This document shows, piece after piece, positions 38,450 to 47,505 of a stretch of 64,000 nt of DNA; position 1 is the stretch's first letter, and each line of letters begins with the position of its first letter. The stretch comes from an uncultured Thermoleophilia bacterium (GTDB lineage Bacteria > Actinomycetota > Thermoleophilia > Gaiellales > Gaiellaceae). A program made the position numbers and the translations under genes. The notes beneath the pieces were generated by a model that saw only the letters and a list, made by a program, of their open reading frames with translations, searched no databases and had not been told where the DNA came from. The DNA is taken from contig CAWCDL010000010.1 of assembly GCA_963794375.1 (NCBI GenBank), forward strand, positions 891,996 to 955,995, written 5' to 3'.

Positions 38450-41428
38450 GTGACCTGCCCGTCGTGCGGCGCCGACAACAGGCCCGGTGCGCGATTCTGC
38501 GACGTCTGCGGCGCTGCGCTGGCGTCCGAGCTCCCACGCGAGGTGCGGAAGGTCGTGACCGTGCTCTTCTGCGACGTCACGGGATCGACCGCGATGGGCG
38601 AGCAGCTCGATCCCGAGGCGCTGCGCTCGGTGATGTCCGCCCACTTCGCAATCGCGCGGAGAGCGATCGAGCGGCACGGCGGCACCGTCGAGAAGTTCAT
38701 CGGCGACGCGGTCATGGCGGTGTTCGGCGTCCCGACCGTCCGCGAGGACGACGCCCTGCGAGCTGTGCGTGCGGCGATAGAGCTGCGCGATGCCGCCGAC
38801 CTCCACGTGCGAATCGGCGTCAACACCGGCGAGGTCGTGACCGGCACCGGTGAGACACTCGTCACCGGCGACGCGGTCAACGTCGCCGCGCGGCTCGAGC
38901 AGGCGGCGCCGCCGGGGGAGGTACTGATCGGCTCCGAGACCCACCGGCTCGTGCACAACGCGGTCGAGGTCGAGCTCGTGCCGCCGATCGAGGCGAAGGG
39001 GAAGTCGGAGCCGGTCGAGGCCTACCGCCTCCTGGCGATCACCGGCGACGTTCCGTTCGCGCGGCGCGGCGACGCGGCGCTCGTCGGGCGCGAGCGCGAA
39101 CGGAATCTGCTCGAGGACGCGTGGGCGCGTGCTCTCTCCGAGCAGGCGTGCGCGCTGTTCACCGTCCTCGGCAGCGCGGGCGTGGGCAAGTCGCGGCTCG
39201 CGCAGGAGTTCCTCGACGGCGTCGACGCCACCGTGCTGCGCGGCCGCTGCCTCTCCTACGGCGAGGGGATCACCTACTGGCCCGTCGTGGAGGTGGTGAA
39301 GCAGCTGCTCGGCCCTGCGCCTCCGCCGAATCCCGTGATCGCATCCCTTCTCGGCGAAGGAGACGCGCCCGCCGACGAGATCGCGTTCGCCGTCCGCAAG
39401 CTCCTCGAAGCGGCTGCCCGCGAGCGGCCGCTCGTCGTCCTGCTCGACGACCTGCAGTGGGGCGAGCCGACGTTCCTCGATCTCGTCGAGCACGTGACCG
39501 ACTGGTCGCGGGATGCTCCCATCCTGATGCTCTGCCTGACGCGCCCCGACCTGCTCGACAGCAGGCCGAGCTGGGGCGGCGGGAAGCTGAATGCGACGGC
39601 CGTCCTGCTCGAGCCCCTCACCGATGCCGAGACGGACGAGCTGATCGAGCGTCTGCTCGGCGCCGCCGAGCTCGAGCTCGAGCTGCGCGAGCAGATCCGT
39701 TACGCCGCCGGCGGCAACCCGCTCTTCGTCGAGCAGATGCTCGCAATGGTGCAGGAGTCCGCCGAGGCGGTGACCGTCCCGCCGACGATCCAGGCCCTGC
39801 TCGCCGCCCGGCTCGATCAGCTGCCGAGCGGCGAGCGGGCCGCGCTCGAGCGCGGGGCGGTCGAGGGCCAGGTCTTTCACCGGGGCGCCGTCCAGGCGCT
39901 GACGTCCGACCGGAGCGCGGTGCCCACGCAGCTCATGGGTCTCGTGCGCAAGGAGCTTGTTCGGCCGACGCCGACCGCGATTCCCGACGACGACGCGTTC
40001 CGCTTCCGTCACCTCCTCGTGCGCGATGCCGCCTACGACTCCCTGCCAAAGGCGACCCGGGCCGAGCTGCACGAGCGTTTCGCGGCCTGGATCGAAGAGC
40101 ACGGGGGCGATCTCGTGGAGCTCGACGAGATCCTCGGCTACCACCTCGAGCAGGCGACGCGGTGCCGGGCCGAGCTCGGCGAGACGCGCGATGACCTGGC
40201 CGAGCGGGCGGCCGCGCGACTGACCGCCGCCGGGACGCGGGCCTTCAGGCGCACCGACTACGCGGCCGGTCGAAAGCTGCTCGGCCGAGCCGTCGATCTC
40301 TTGCCGGACGATGCTCCTGCTCGGTTCGACGCCCTGGTCTCGCTCGGGATCTGTGCCTACGTCGGCGGCGATCTCGAAGACGCGGACAGCCTGTTGTCCG
40401 AGGGGGTCGACGGCGGGGACCGTGAGCAGTCGGCGGTCGCGTTCTTCGTTCGCAGCGGGATCAGGGGGCACGCCGGAGGCGGTGAGCTCGGCGCGCAGGT
40501 TCGGGGGGTACAGGAGCTGCTGGCCGAGATGGAGGGGCTTCCGGCCCCCGATCTCGTGCTCGCCCACGGCTACAACGCCCTGAGCCGCCTGCTCTTCTGG
40601 CAGGGCCGCACCGGCGAGCAGCTCACGGCCGCGGAGAACGCGCTCGCACGAGCACGGGCGGCGGGCGACCCGGCCCTCGAGGCAGTCGCGCGAGGTACGG
40701 CGGGCTCCGCGATGTTCCAGGGCACGTCCACCTGGCCGGAGGTGGAGGCGTTCAGCCGGGCCGGCCTGGCCGAACGCGACCGGCTCGGCCGGATCGCAAC
40801 GAATGCGCTCGCGACGCTTGCGAACGCCGCGGCCTATCAGGGGCGCTTCGAGGAATCACGCGAGCTCGCCGCCCGGCATGCCGCAGAGCTCACGGAGCGC
40901 GGCGACAGCTTCGGCGTGATGACGACGGCGGTCAACCGCGCCTGGACCGAGCATCTCACCGGCGGCGACGAGCTCGCTGCTGTGATCCTCCGCGAGTCCT
41001 GGGACGACCTCGGAGAGCTCGGCGAGCGCGGGTACCGGTCGACCCACGGCTGCCTGCTGGCGATGATCCTGGTCGACCTCGGACGCCTGGACGAGGCAGA
41101 CGCGATCGTTGCGGAGTCGGCGGCGCTCGCTGCCGACGACGACTGGTTCACGGTTGCGTGCGCGCACACCGCCCGCGCCCTCATCGCGTCGGCGCGCGGG
41201 CGGCACGAGGAAGCGGTTGCCGAGGCGCGGGCGGCGGTCGAGATCGCAGACCGCTCCGAGTACGTTCTCTCGCGCACGATCTTCTGGTTCGAATGTGGCC
41301 GCGTCCTCGTCGCCGCGGGTCTTCGTGACGAGGGCCGGCGGGCGCTCGAGGAGGCGATCCGGCTCGCCCGGATCAAGGGCACGACCGTCTACGAGCAGCG
41401 GGCGCTCGCGCTCTTGGAGGGTGGGTAG
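38450..41428 (+). CDS. Zinc-ribbon / class III adenylate-guanylate cyclase / AAA (STAND) ATPase / TPR-like signalling protein
   Basis: CPSCGADNRPGARFCDVCG; VTVLFCDVTGSTA...KFIGDAVMAVFG...IGVNTGEVV (cyclase); GSAGVGKSRL (P-loop), LLDDLQWGE (Walker B); helical-repeat C-terminus. Confidence 0.9.
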   Translation: MTCPSCGADNRPGARFCDVCGAALASELPREVRKVVTVLFCDVTGSTAMGEQLDPEALRSVMSAHFAIARRAIERHGGTVEKFIGDAVMAVFGVPTVREDDALRAVRAAIELRDAADLHVRIGVNTGEVVTGTGETLVTGDAVNVAARLEQAAPPGEVLIGSETHRLVHNAVEVELVPPIEAKGKSEPVEAYRLLAITGDVPFARRGDAALVGRERERNLLEDAWARALSEQACALFTVLGSAGVGKSRLAQEFLDGVDATVLRGRCLSYGEGITYWPVVEVVKQLLGPAPPPNPVIASLLGEGDAPADEIAFAVRKLLEAAARERPLVVLLDDLQWGEPTFLDLVEHVTDWSRDAPILMLCLTRPDLLDSRPSWGGGKLNATAVLLEPLTDAETDELIERLLGAAELELELREQIRYAAGGNPLFVEQMLAMVQESAEAVTVPPTIQALLAARLDQLPSGERAALERGAVEGQVFHRGAVQALTSDRSAVPTQLMGLVRKELVRPTPTAIPDDDAFRFRHLLVRDAAYDSLPKATRAELHERFAAWIEEHGGDLVELDEILGYHLEQATRCRAELGETRDDLAERAAARLTAAGTRAFRRTDYAAGRKLLGRAVDLLPDDAPARFDALVSLGICAYVGGDLEDADSLLSEGVDGGDREQSAVAFFVRSGIRGHAGGGELGAQVRGVQELLAEMEGLPAPDLVLAHGYNALSRLLFWQGRTGEQLTAAENALARARAAGDPALEAVARGTAGSAMFQGTSTWPEVEAFSRAGLAERDRLGRIATNALATLANAAAYQGRFEESRELAARHAAELTERGDSFGVMTTAVNRAWTEHLTGGDELAAVILRESWDDLGELGERGYRSTHGCLLAMILVDLGRLDEADAIVAESAALAADDDWFTVACAHTARALIASARGRHEEAVAEARAAVEIADRSEYVLSRTIFWFECGRVLVAAGLRDEGRRALEEAIRLARIKGTTVYEQRALALLEGG

Positions 41429-41458
41429 GCTGCGGGTACCCATCTCGAGGAGGGTCCC

Positions 41459-42964
41459 GTGACCGACACCGTCGAGGCGCCGAGCGCCGTCAAGCCGATC
41501 AACCATTGGATCTCTGGTGCCGCCTCTGCGGGCGGGTCGGGTCGGAGTGCGCCGGTGTTCAACCCGGCGACGGGTGTGCAGTCGGGCGCGGTCGATCTTG
41601 CGTCGGTCGAGGAGGTCGACCAGGCGGTGCAGGCGGCGAAGGCGGCGTTCCCTTCGTGGCGCGCGCTGTCGCTGGCGAGGCGGGCCGAGATCTTCTTCGC
41701 GATCCGCGAGCTCGTGCACGAGCGGCGTGAGGAGATCGCGAGGCTCCTGACCGCGGAGCACGGGAAGGTGCTCTCGGACGCGATGGGGGAGGTGACGCGC
41801 GGGCTCGAGGTGATCGAGTTCTGCTGCGGCATCCCGCATCTCCTGAAGGGGGGCATGACCGAGCAGGCCTCGACCGGGATCGATGTGTACTCGATCCGGC
41901 AGCCGCTCGGCGTCGTCGCCGGGATCACGCCGTTCAACTTCCCGGCGATGGTCCCGATGTGGATGTGGGCGCCCGCGCTCGCGTGCGGCAACACGTTCGT
42001 GCTCAAGCCGTCGGAGAAGGACCCGTCGGCGTCGCTGTACACCGCCGAGCTGCTGAAGGAGGCCGGCGTGCCCGACGGCGTCTTCAACGTGATCAACGGC
42101 GACAAGGTCGCCGTCGACGCGTTCCTGACGCACCCCGACGTCGCCGCGGTCTCGTTCGTCGGCTCGACGCCGATCGCGAAGTACGTCTACGAGACGGCTA
42201 CCGCGCACGGTAAGCGCTGCCAGGCACTCGGCGGGGCGAAGAACCACATGGTCGTGCTTCCCGACGCCGACATCGACATGGCGGCCGACGCCGCCGTCTC
42301 GGCCGCCTACGGCTCGGCGGGCGAGCGCTGCATGGCGATCTCGATGGTGGTGGCGGTCGGTGACGTCGCCGACCCGCTGATCGAGGCGATCAGAACTCGC
42401 ATCCCGAACGTCAAGCTCGGCGACGGGATGGACCCGTCGAGCGAGATGGGGCCGCTCGTCACGCGCGAGCATCGCGACAAGGTCGCCGGCTATCTCGAGA
42501 ACGGCGGCGGCAAGCTTCTTGTCGACGGCCGCGACGGCTGCCCGGACGAGGGCTTCTTTCTGGCGCCGAGCCTGATCGACGACCTGAAGCCGGGCGAGCG
42601 CGCCTACGACGACGAGATCTTCGGGCCGGTGCTCGGGGTGACGCGGGTCGCGACCTACGACGAGGCCGTGCGCCTCGTGAACGAGAGCCCGTACGGCAAT
42701 GGGACGGCGATCTTCACGCGTGACGGCGGCGTCGCCCGCCAGTTCCAGTTCGAGGCCCAGGCAGGGATGGTCGGCGTCAACGTGCCGATCCCTGTGCCCG
42801 TCGCCTACTACAGCTTCGGCGGCTGGAAGGCCTCGCTCTTCGGCGACCGGCACATCTACGGTCCGGAGGGCATCGACTTCTACACGCGTACCAAGGTCGT
42901 CACCTCGCGCTGGCCCGACCCGGCCACCTCGAAGGTCGACCTCGGCTTCCCACAGACGCGCTAG
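41459..42964 (+). CDS. mmsA: CoA-acylating methylmalonate/malonate-semialdehyde dehydrogenase
   Basis: GITPFNFPAMVPMWMWAPALACGNTFVLKPSEKDP, GERCMA, VGVNVPIPVPVAYYSFGGWKASLFGD. GTG start with GAGGAGG upstream. Confidence 0.9.
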   Translation: MTDTVEAPSAVKPINHWISGAASAGGSGRSAPVFNPATGVQSGAVDLASVEEVDQAVQAAKAAFPSWRALSLARRAEIFFAIRELVHERREEIARLLTAEHGKVLSDAMGEVTRGLEVIEFCCGIPHLLKGGMTEQASTGIDVYSIRQPLGVVAGITPFNFPAMVPMWMWAPALACGNTFVLKPSEKDPSASLYTAELLKEAGVPDGVFNVINGDKVAVDAFLTHPDVAAVSFVGSTPIAKYVYETATAHGKRCQALGGAKNHMVVLPDADIDMAADAAVSAAYGSAGERCMAISMVVAVGDVADPLIEAIRTRIPNVKLGDGMDPSSEMGPLVTREHRDKVAGYLENGGGKLLVDGRDGCPDEGFFLAPSLIDDLKPGERAYDDEIFGPVLGVTRVATYDEAVRLVNESPYGNGTAIFTRDGGVARQFQFEAQAGMVGVNVPIPVPVAYYSFGGWKASLFGDRHIYGPEGIDFYTRTKVVTSRWPDPATSKVDLGFPQTR

Positions 42965-42966
42965 GC

Positions 42967-44385
42967 CTACGCGGTCTGCAGCGCCGCCGGGCTGAGCTGC
43001 TCGCGGAAGCGCGCCCGCTTGACGAACCGCCCGCTGCCCGGCTTCGCGAGCAGCTCGTCGCCCTCGACGATCACCTCGCCGCGCCGCAGCACCACCTCGG
43101 GCGAGCCGACCACCGTCGTGCCTTCGTAAATGTTGATGTCGGTGGCGGAGTGATGGGTCTTCGCCGAGATCAGGTGCTCCTTCTCGGGATCGAAGACGAC
43201 GATGTCCGCGTCGCTCCCGACCGCGATCGTGCCTTTGCGCGGATACATGCCGAAGAGCTTCGCCGGATTCGTGCTGAGGAGCTCGACCATGCGGTTCAGC
43301 GTGATCCGGCCTTCGCGGACGCCGAAGTGGTGGACCATGTGCAGGCGGTTCTCCATCCCGACGGCGCCGTTCGGGATCTGGCGGAAGTCGTCCTTGCCGA
43401 GAGCCTTCTGCTCGAGCGTGTAGCCGCAGTGGTCGGTGGAGATCGCCTGCAGGTCGTTCATCCGGACGGCATCCCAGAGAATCGGCTGGTTGCTCTTCGG
43501 CCGCGGCGGCGGGGTGTAGACGTAGTTCGCCGCCTCGAAGTGATCGAGCCGCTCGAGGAACGACTGGTCGATGAAGAAGTACTGGGTGCAGGTCTCGCCC
43601 CACACGTCCCAGCCCTTGCGGCGCGCTGTCTGGATCGGCTCGAGCGACTCCTCGCAGGAGACGTGGACGACGTAGAGAGGCGCGCCCGCGACGCGCGCGA
43701 GCTGGATCGCCCTGTTCGTTGCCTCGCCCTCCGTCTCCGGCGGCCTGGTCAGCGCGTGGTGGATCGGGCCGGTGTTGCCGGCCGCGATCGCATCCGCGAT
43801 CAGCACCTCGATCGCATCGCCGTTCTCGGCGTGCACCATCACGCAGGCGCCCGTCCGGGCGGCGACCTGCATGACCTTGAAGAGGCCTTCGTCGCTGATC
43901 CGCAGCGAGTCGTTGTAGGCCATGAAGAGCTTGTACGAGCTGACACCGTGCTCGTCGGGCAGCGTCGCGAGCTCCTCGAGCGACCCGGCGTCGTCGGAGA
44001 GATCGGTGACGATGATGTGAAAGCCGTTGTCGATGAGCGCCTTGCCCTCGCGCTTCCCGTGCCAGATCTCGAGCGCCTCGCCGAACGTCTGCCCCTTGCT
44101 TTGGATGCAGAAGTCGATGTGGGTCGTCGTGCCGCCGAAGGCTGCGGCGACGTGCCCGTGGTAGAAGTCGTCGACGGTCGTGGTGCCGCGCCACGGCATC
44201 TCGAGATGCGTGTGCGGATCGACGGCGCCCGGCAGCACGTACTTCCCGGAGGCATCGATCACGCGATCGGCTGAGACGTCGAGCGACGCGCCGATCAGGG
44301 AGACCCGCTCGCCCTCGACGAAGACGTCGGCGACGTAGTCGTCCGCTGCGGTGACGACTCGGCCGCCCTTGATCAGCACGGACAT
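42967..44385 (-). CDS. hydA: Dihydropyrimidinase / D-hydantoinase
   Basis: VLIKGGRVV, PGAVDPHTHLEMP, GGTTTHIDF, VMVHAENGD, ISTDHC. 472 aa. Confidence 0.9.
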   Translation of the reverse strand: MSVLIKGGRVVTAADDYVADVFVEGERVSLIGASLDVSADRVIDASGKYVLPGAVDPHTHLEMPWRGTTTVDDFYHGHVAAAFGGTTTHIDFCIQSKGQTFGEALEIWHGKREGKALIDNGFHIIVTDLSDDAGSLEELATLPDEHGVSSYKLFMAYNDSLRISDEGLFKVMQVAARTGACVMVHAENGDAIEVLIADAIAAGNTGPIHHALTRPPETEGEATNRAIQLARVAGAPLYVVHVSCEESLEPIQTARRKGWDVWGETCTQYFFIDQSFLERLDHFEAANYVYTPPPRPKSNQPILWDAVRMNDLQAISTDHCGYTLEQKALGKDDFRQIPNGAVGMENRLHMVHHFGVREGRITLNRMVELLSTNPAKLFGMYPRKGTIAVGSDADIVVFDPEKEHLISAKTHHSATDINIYEGTTVVGSPEVVLRRGEVIVEGDELLAKPGSGRFVKRARFREQLSPAALQTA

Positions 44386-44432
44386 GAGCGCTCCTTTTCC
44401 GTCGGTCTCGAAGCTTCGAGTCTACGCGTCAG

Positions 44433-44438
44433 TAGGAT
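44433..44438 (+). promoter_or_regulatory. Candidate -10 box TAGGAT, 6 nt upstream of the ATG (leaderless geometry)
   Basis: TANNNT, with no SD before ATG 44445. Confidence 0.4.
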
Positions 44439-44444
44439 CGCCGC

Positions 44445-45680
44445 ATGCCGCTCGATCCGGCTCGCTGCCTTCGCGACCTCGACGAGTTGCGCGCGCTGAC
44501 CGAGGATGAAAGCGGGGCGCAGCGCGTCGCGTGGACCGACACGTGGGAGCGCGCGCGCGCGTTCCTTCGCGCGGCCGTCGAGGGGACGGGTGCCGAGGAG
44601 CTGATCGACGAAGCGGGCAACCAGTGGTTCACCCTGCGCGGATCCTCCGAGCGGGCGCTCCTGATCGGCGGCCACATGGATTCCGTGCCGAACGGCGGCT
44701 GGCTCGACGGCTCTCTCAACTGCCTGGCCGGCGCGGAGGTGCTGCGCCGGATCGCCGCCGAGGGGACGCCGCCGGTCACGGTGCGGCTCGTCTCGTGGGC
44801 CGACGAGGAGGGCGCGCGCTTCGGACGGTCGCTCTTCGGCTCCTCGGCAGCCGCCGGGTCGATGGCTGACCAGGACGAGCTGCGGAAGCTCGTCGACCGC
44901 GACGGGATCTCGCTGCCCGTTGCGCTCGCGGCGCACGGGGTCTCGCTCGACGGCGCCTCGGCGGCGCGCGCCCAGCTCGCGAACGCGGCCGCCTATCTCG
45001 AGCTGCACATCGAGCAGGGACCGGTGCTCGAGTCGCTCGACCTGCCGCTCGGGGTCGTCCTCGGCACCTTCGGCGTCGAGCGCTCGCGCTTCACCTGGCG
45101 CGGCCAGGCGGCGCACGCCGGCTCGACGCCGATGGACAAGCGCCGCGACGCGCTTGCCGGGGCGGCGAAGCTCGCCCTCTACCTCCGCGAGATCGCGGCC
45201 GAGGTCGGCGGCGGCGCCGTGTGCACGTCGGGCGGCGTCGTGTGCCGGCCGGGGATCGTCACGTCGGTCGTCGAGACGGCCGAGCAGCTTCTCGACCAGC
45301 GCCACCTCGATGCGGCCAAGCTCGCCCGGATGCTGGCGCTGGCGCAGGAGGGGGCGGAGCGCTTCGCCCAGGAGGAGGACATCGAGGTCGAGTGGGAGCG
45401 GATCTGGAGCATCGAGCCGATCCTCTTCGACGAGCGGCTGATCGAGCTGGCCGACGAGTCCATCCGCGAGGTCGCCGGGACGTCCCACCGGCTCCCGTCA
45501 GGGCCGCTGCACGACGCCGCCGAGGTCGCCCGGGCGGGCGTCCCGACCGTGATGGTCTTCGTGCAGAGCCTGCGCGGCCTGTCGCACACGAAGCTCGAGG
45601 ACACGAGCCGCGGCCATCTCGAGCTCTCGGTGGAGGTACTCGACCGGCTCGCCTCGAAGACGATCGCGTCGCTCGCCTAA
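44445..45680 (+). CDS. M20-family carbamoyl-amidohydrolase (beta-ureidopropionase / N-carbamoyl-amino-acid / allantoate amidohydrolase type)
   Basis: LLIGGHMDSVPNGGWLDG, WADEEGARFG, LELHIEQGPVLE, HAGSTPM. Confidence 0.85.
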   Translation: MPLDPARCLRDLDELRALTEDESGAQRVAWTDTWERARAFLRAAVEGTGAEELIDEAGNQWFTLRGSSERALLIGGHMDSVPNGGWLDGSLNCLAGAEVLRRIAAEGTPPVTVRLVSWADEEGARFGRSLFGSSAAAGSMADQDELRKLVDRDGISLPVALAAHGVSLDGASAARAQLANAAAYLELHIEQGPVLESLDLPLGVVLGTFGVERSRFTWRGQAAHAGSTPMDKRRDALAGAAKLALYLREIAAEVGGGAVCTSGGVVCRPGIVTSVVETAEQLLDQRHLDAAKLARMLALAQEGAERFAQEEDIEVEWERIWSIEPILFDERLIELADESIREVAGTSHRLPSGPLHDAAEVARAGVPTVMVFVQSLRGLSHTKLEDTSRGHLELSVEVLDRLASKTIASLA

Positions 45681-45693
45681 CAAGGAGGCTTCC

Positions 45694-46701
45694 ATGGCAC
45701 TGAGCTTCGGCGTCACCGTCCTGCCCGATCCGCCCTACACGCGGATGATCGAGCTGATGCAGCTGGCCGAGAGCCACGGCTTCGAGTACGCGTGGACCTA
45801 TGACTCGCACGTGCTGTGGCAGGAGTCGATGCCGACGCTCGCGCTCGCCGCCGACCGGACATCGACGATCAAGCTCGGCCACATGGTCACGAACCCGGGC
45901 ACCCGCGAGCCGACGGTGCTCGCAAGTGCCTACGCGACGCTGCACGACATCTCGAACGGCCGCATGGTGATGGGGATCGGGCGTGGCGACTCGGCGAGGC
46001 GCTACATCGGCCAGCAGCCGGTGAAGGTGGCCGAGTTCGAGGCGGCGCTCACGATGATCAAGCCGTTCATGAACGGCGACGAGGTGACGTGGAACGACAA
46101 GGAGCTCCAGCTCAAGTGGGTCCGCCCCGAGCTGCCGCCGATCGAGATGCATGTCGCCGGCTACGGGCCAAGGGCGCTCGCGGTCGCCGGGCGGCGCGGC
46201 GACGGCGTGATCATCCAGCTCGCCGACCCCGACATCATCCAGTGGATCATGGCGACGGCCCGGCAGGCGGCCGCCGAAGCCGGGCGCGACCCGGCGGCGC
46301 TCAAGTGCATCGTCAGCGCGCCGAGCCATGTCGGCGACGACCTGCAGGACGCCCGCGAGCAGGTGCGCTGGTTCCCGGCGATGGTCTCGAACCACGTGAA
46401 GGACCTGATCGACCGCTACGGCGCCGACGGAAGCACGGTGCCGAAGGCGCTCACCGACTACGTCCTCGCACGCGAGTTCTACGACTACAACGAGCACTCG
46501 CGGGTCGGGGCGAAGCACGGCGCGTTCGTCACCGACGAGATCTGCGATCGCTTCTGCGTGATCGGCAGCGTCGAGCAGTGCACGGAGAAGCTGCGGCAGC
46601 TCGAGGAGATCGGTGTCGACCAGTTCAACATCTACCTGATGACGCACGGCCAGGAGGAGACGCTGAAGGCCTACGGCGACCGGGTCATCCCGGCCGTCTA
46701 G
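45694..46701 (+). CDS. Luciferase-like (LLM) F420-dependent oxidoreductase, Mer-related
   Basis: FEYAWTYDSHVLWQE, GHMVTNPGTREPTV, GRMVMGIGRGDS, GDGVIIQLADP, FCVIGSVEQCTEKLRQLEEIGVDQFNIYL. AAGGAGG SD. Confidence 0.85.
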   Translation: MALSFGVTVLPDPPYTRMIELMQLAESHGFEYAWTYDSHVLWQESMPTLALAADRTSTIKLGHMVTNPGTREPTVLASAYATLHDISNGRMVMGIGRGDSARRYIGQQPVKVAEFEAALTMIKPFMNGDEVTWNDKELQLKWVRPELPPIEMHVAGYGPRALAVAGRRGDGVIIQLADPDIIQWIMATARQAAAEAGRDPAALKCIVSAPSHVGDDLQDAREQVRWFPAMVSNHVKDLIDRYGADGSTVPKALTDYVLAREFYDYNEHSRVGAKHGAFVTDEICDRFCVIGSVEQCTEKLRQLEEIGVDQFNIYLMTHGQEETLKAYGDRVIPAV

Positions 46702-46757
46702 GAGGACCAGGGTCGATTCGGGGTCATACCCCATGGCACGGCGGCGGCAGTTCTCGC

Positions 46758-46763
46758 TAGCCT
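46758..46763 (+). promoter_or_regulatory. Candidate -10 box TAGCCT, 7 nt upstream of the ATG (leaderless geometry)
   Basis: TANNNT, with no SD before ATG 46771. Confidence 0.4.
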
Positions 46764-46770
46764 CGAACGC

Positions 46771-47505
46771 ATGAGCTCGAACGGAGTTGTTGTGAGCGCA
46801 AACAGCCTCACCCGCCGCTACGGCGAGGGCGAGGCGGCGGTCGACGCGCTCAGCGGTGTGTCGCTCGACGTCAAGCAGGGCGAGCTCGTCGCCGTCATGG
46901 GCCCGTCCGGGTCGGGCAAGTCGACGCTGATGCACCTGATGGCGGCGCTCGACGCGCCGACCTCGGGCACCGTCGAGATCGCGGGGCAGGACGTCGGCTC
47001 GCTTTCGGACCGCGCGGTGACGCTGCTTCGGCGCGAGCACATCGGCTTCGTCTTCCAGTTCTTCAACCTGCTTCCGATGCTGAGCGCCGAGGAGAACGTC
47101 CTGCTGCCGCTCTCGATCGCGGGCGAGAAGCCCGACCCGGTGTTCTTCGAGGATCTGCTGAAGCGCGTCGGCCTCACCGATCGCCGGACGCATCGGCCTG
47201 CCGAGCTGTCGGGCGGTCAGCAGCAGCGCGTCGCGATCGCCCGCGCGCTCGTCTCCAAGCCCAGCGTCGTCTTCGCCGACGAGCCCACCGGCAACCTCGA
47301 CTCGAAGACCGGGGCCGACATCCTGCAGCTCCTCCGCGCTTCCGCCGAGGAGCTCGGCCAGACGATGGTGATGGTGACGCACGATGCGCACGCGGCGGAG
47401 ATCGCCGACCGCGTCCTGTTCCTCGCGGACGGGCGGATCGTCGAGGAGCTTCCCCGCAGTAGCGCGGCCGACATCCTCGCCGCGATGAACCGCGCCAGCG
47501 CATGA
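46771..47505 (+). CDS. ABC transporter ATP-binding protein (MacB/LolD/FtsE-like)
   Basis: GPSGSGKSTL, FVFQFFNLLP, LSGGQQQRVAIARAL, VFADEPTGNLD. Confidence 0.9.
   Translation: MSSNGVVVSANSLTRRYGEGEAAVDALSGVSLDVKQGELVAVMGPSGSGKSTLMHLMAALDAPTSGTVEIAGQDVGSLSDRAVTLLRREHIGFVFQFFNLLPMLSAEENVLLPLSIAGEKPDPVFFEDLLKRVGLTDRRTHRPAELSGGQQQRVAIARALVSKPSVVFADEPTGNLDSKTGADILQLLRASAEELGQTMVMVTHDAHAAEIADRVLFLADGRIVEELPRSSAADILAAMNRASA

Noticed and set aside
46718-46735. GGGGTcatACCCC after the LLM gene, considered as a terminator.
   Set aside because: A 5-bp stem with a 3-nt loop and no U-tract is not distinguishable from chance in this composition.
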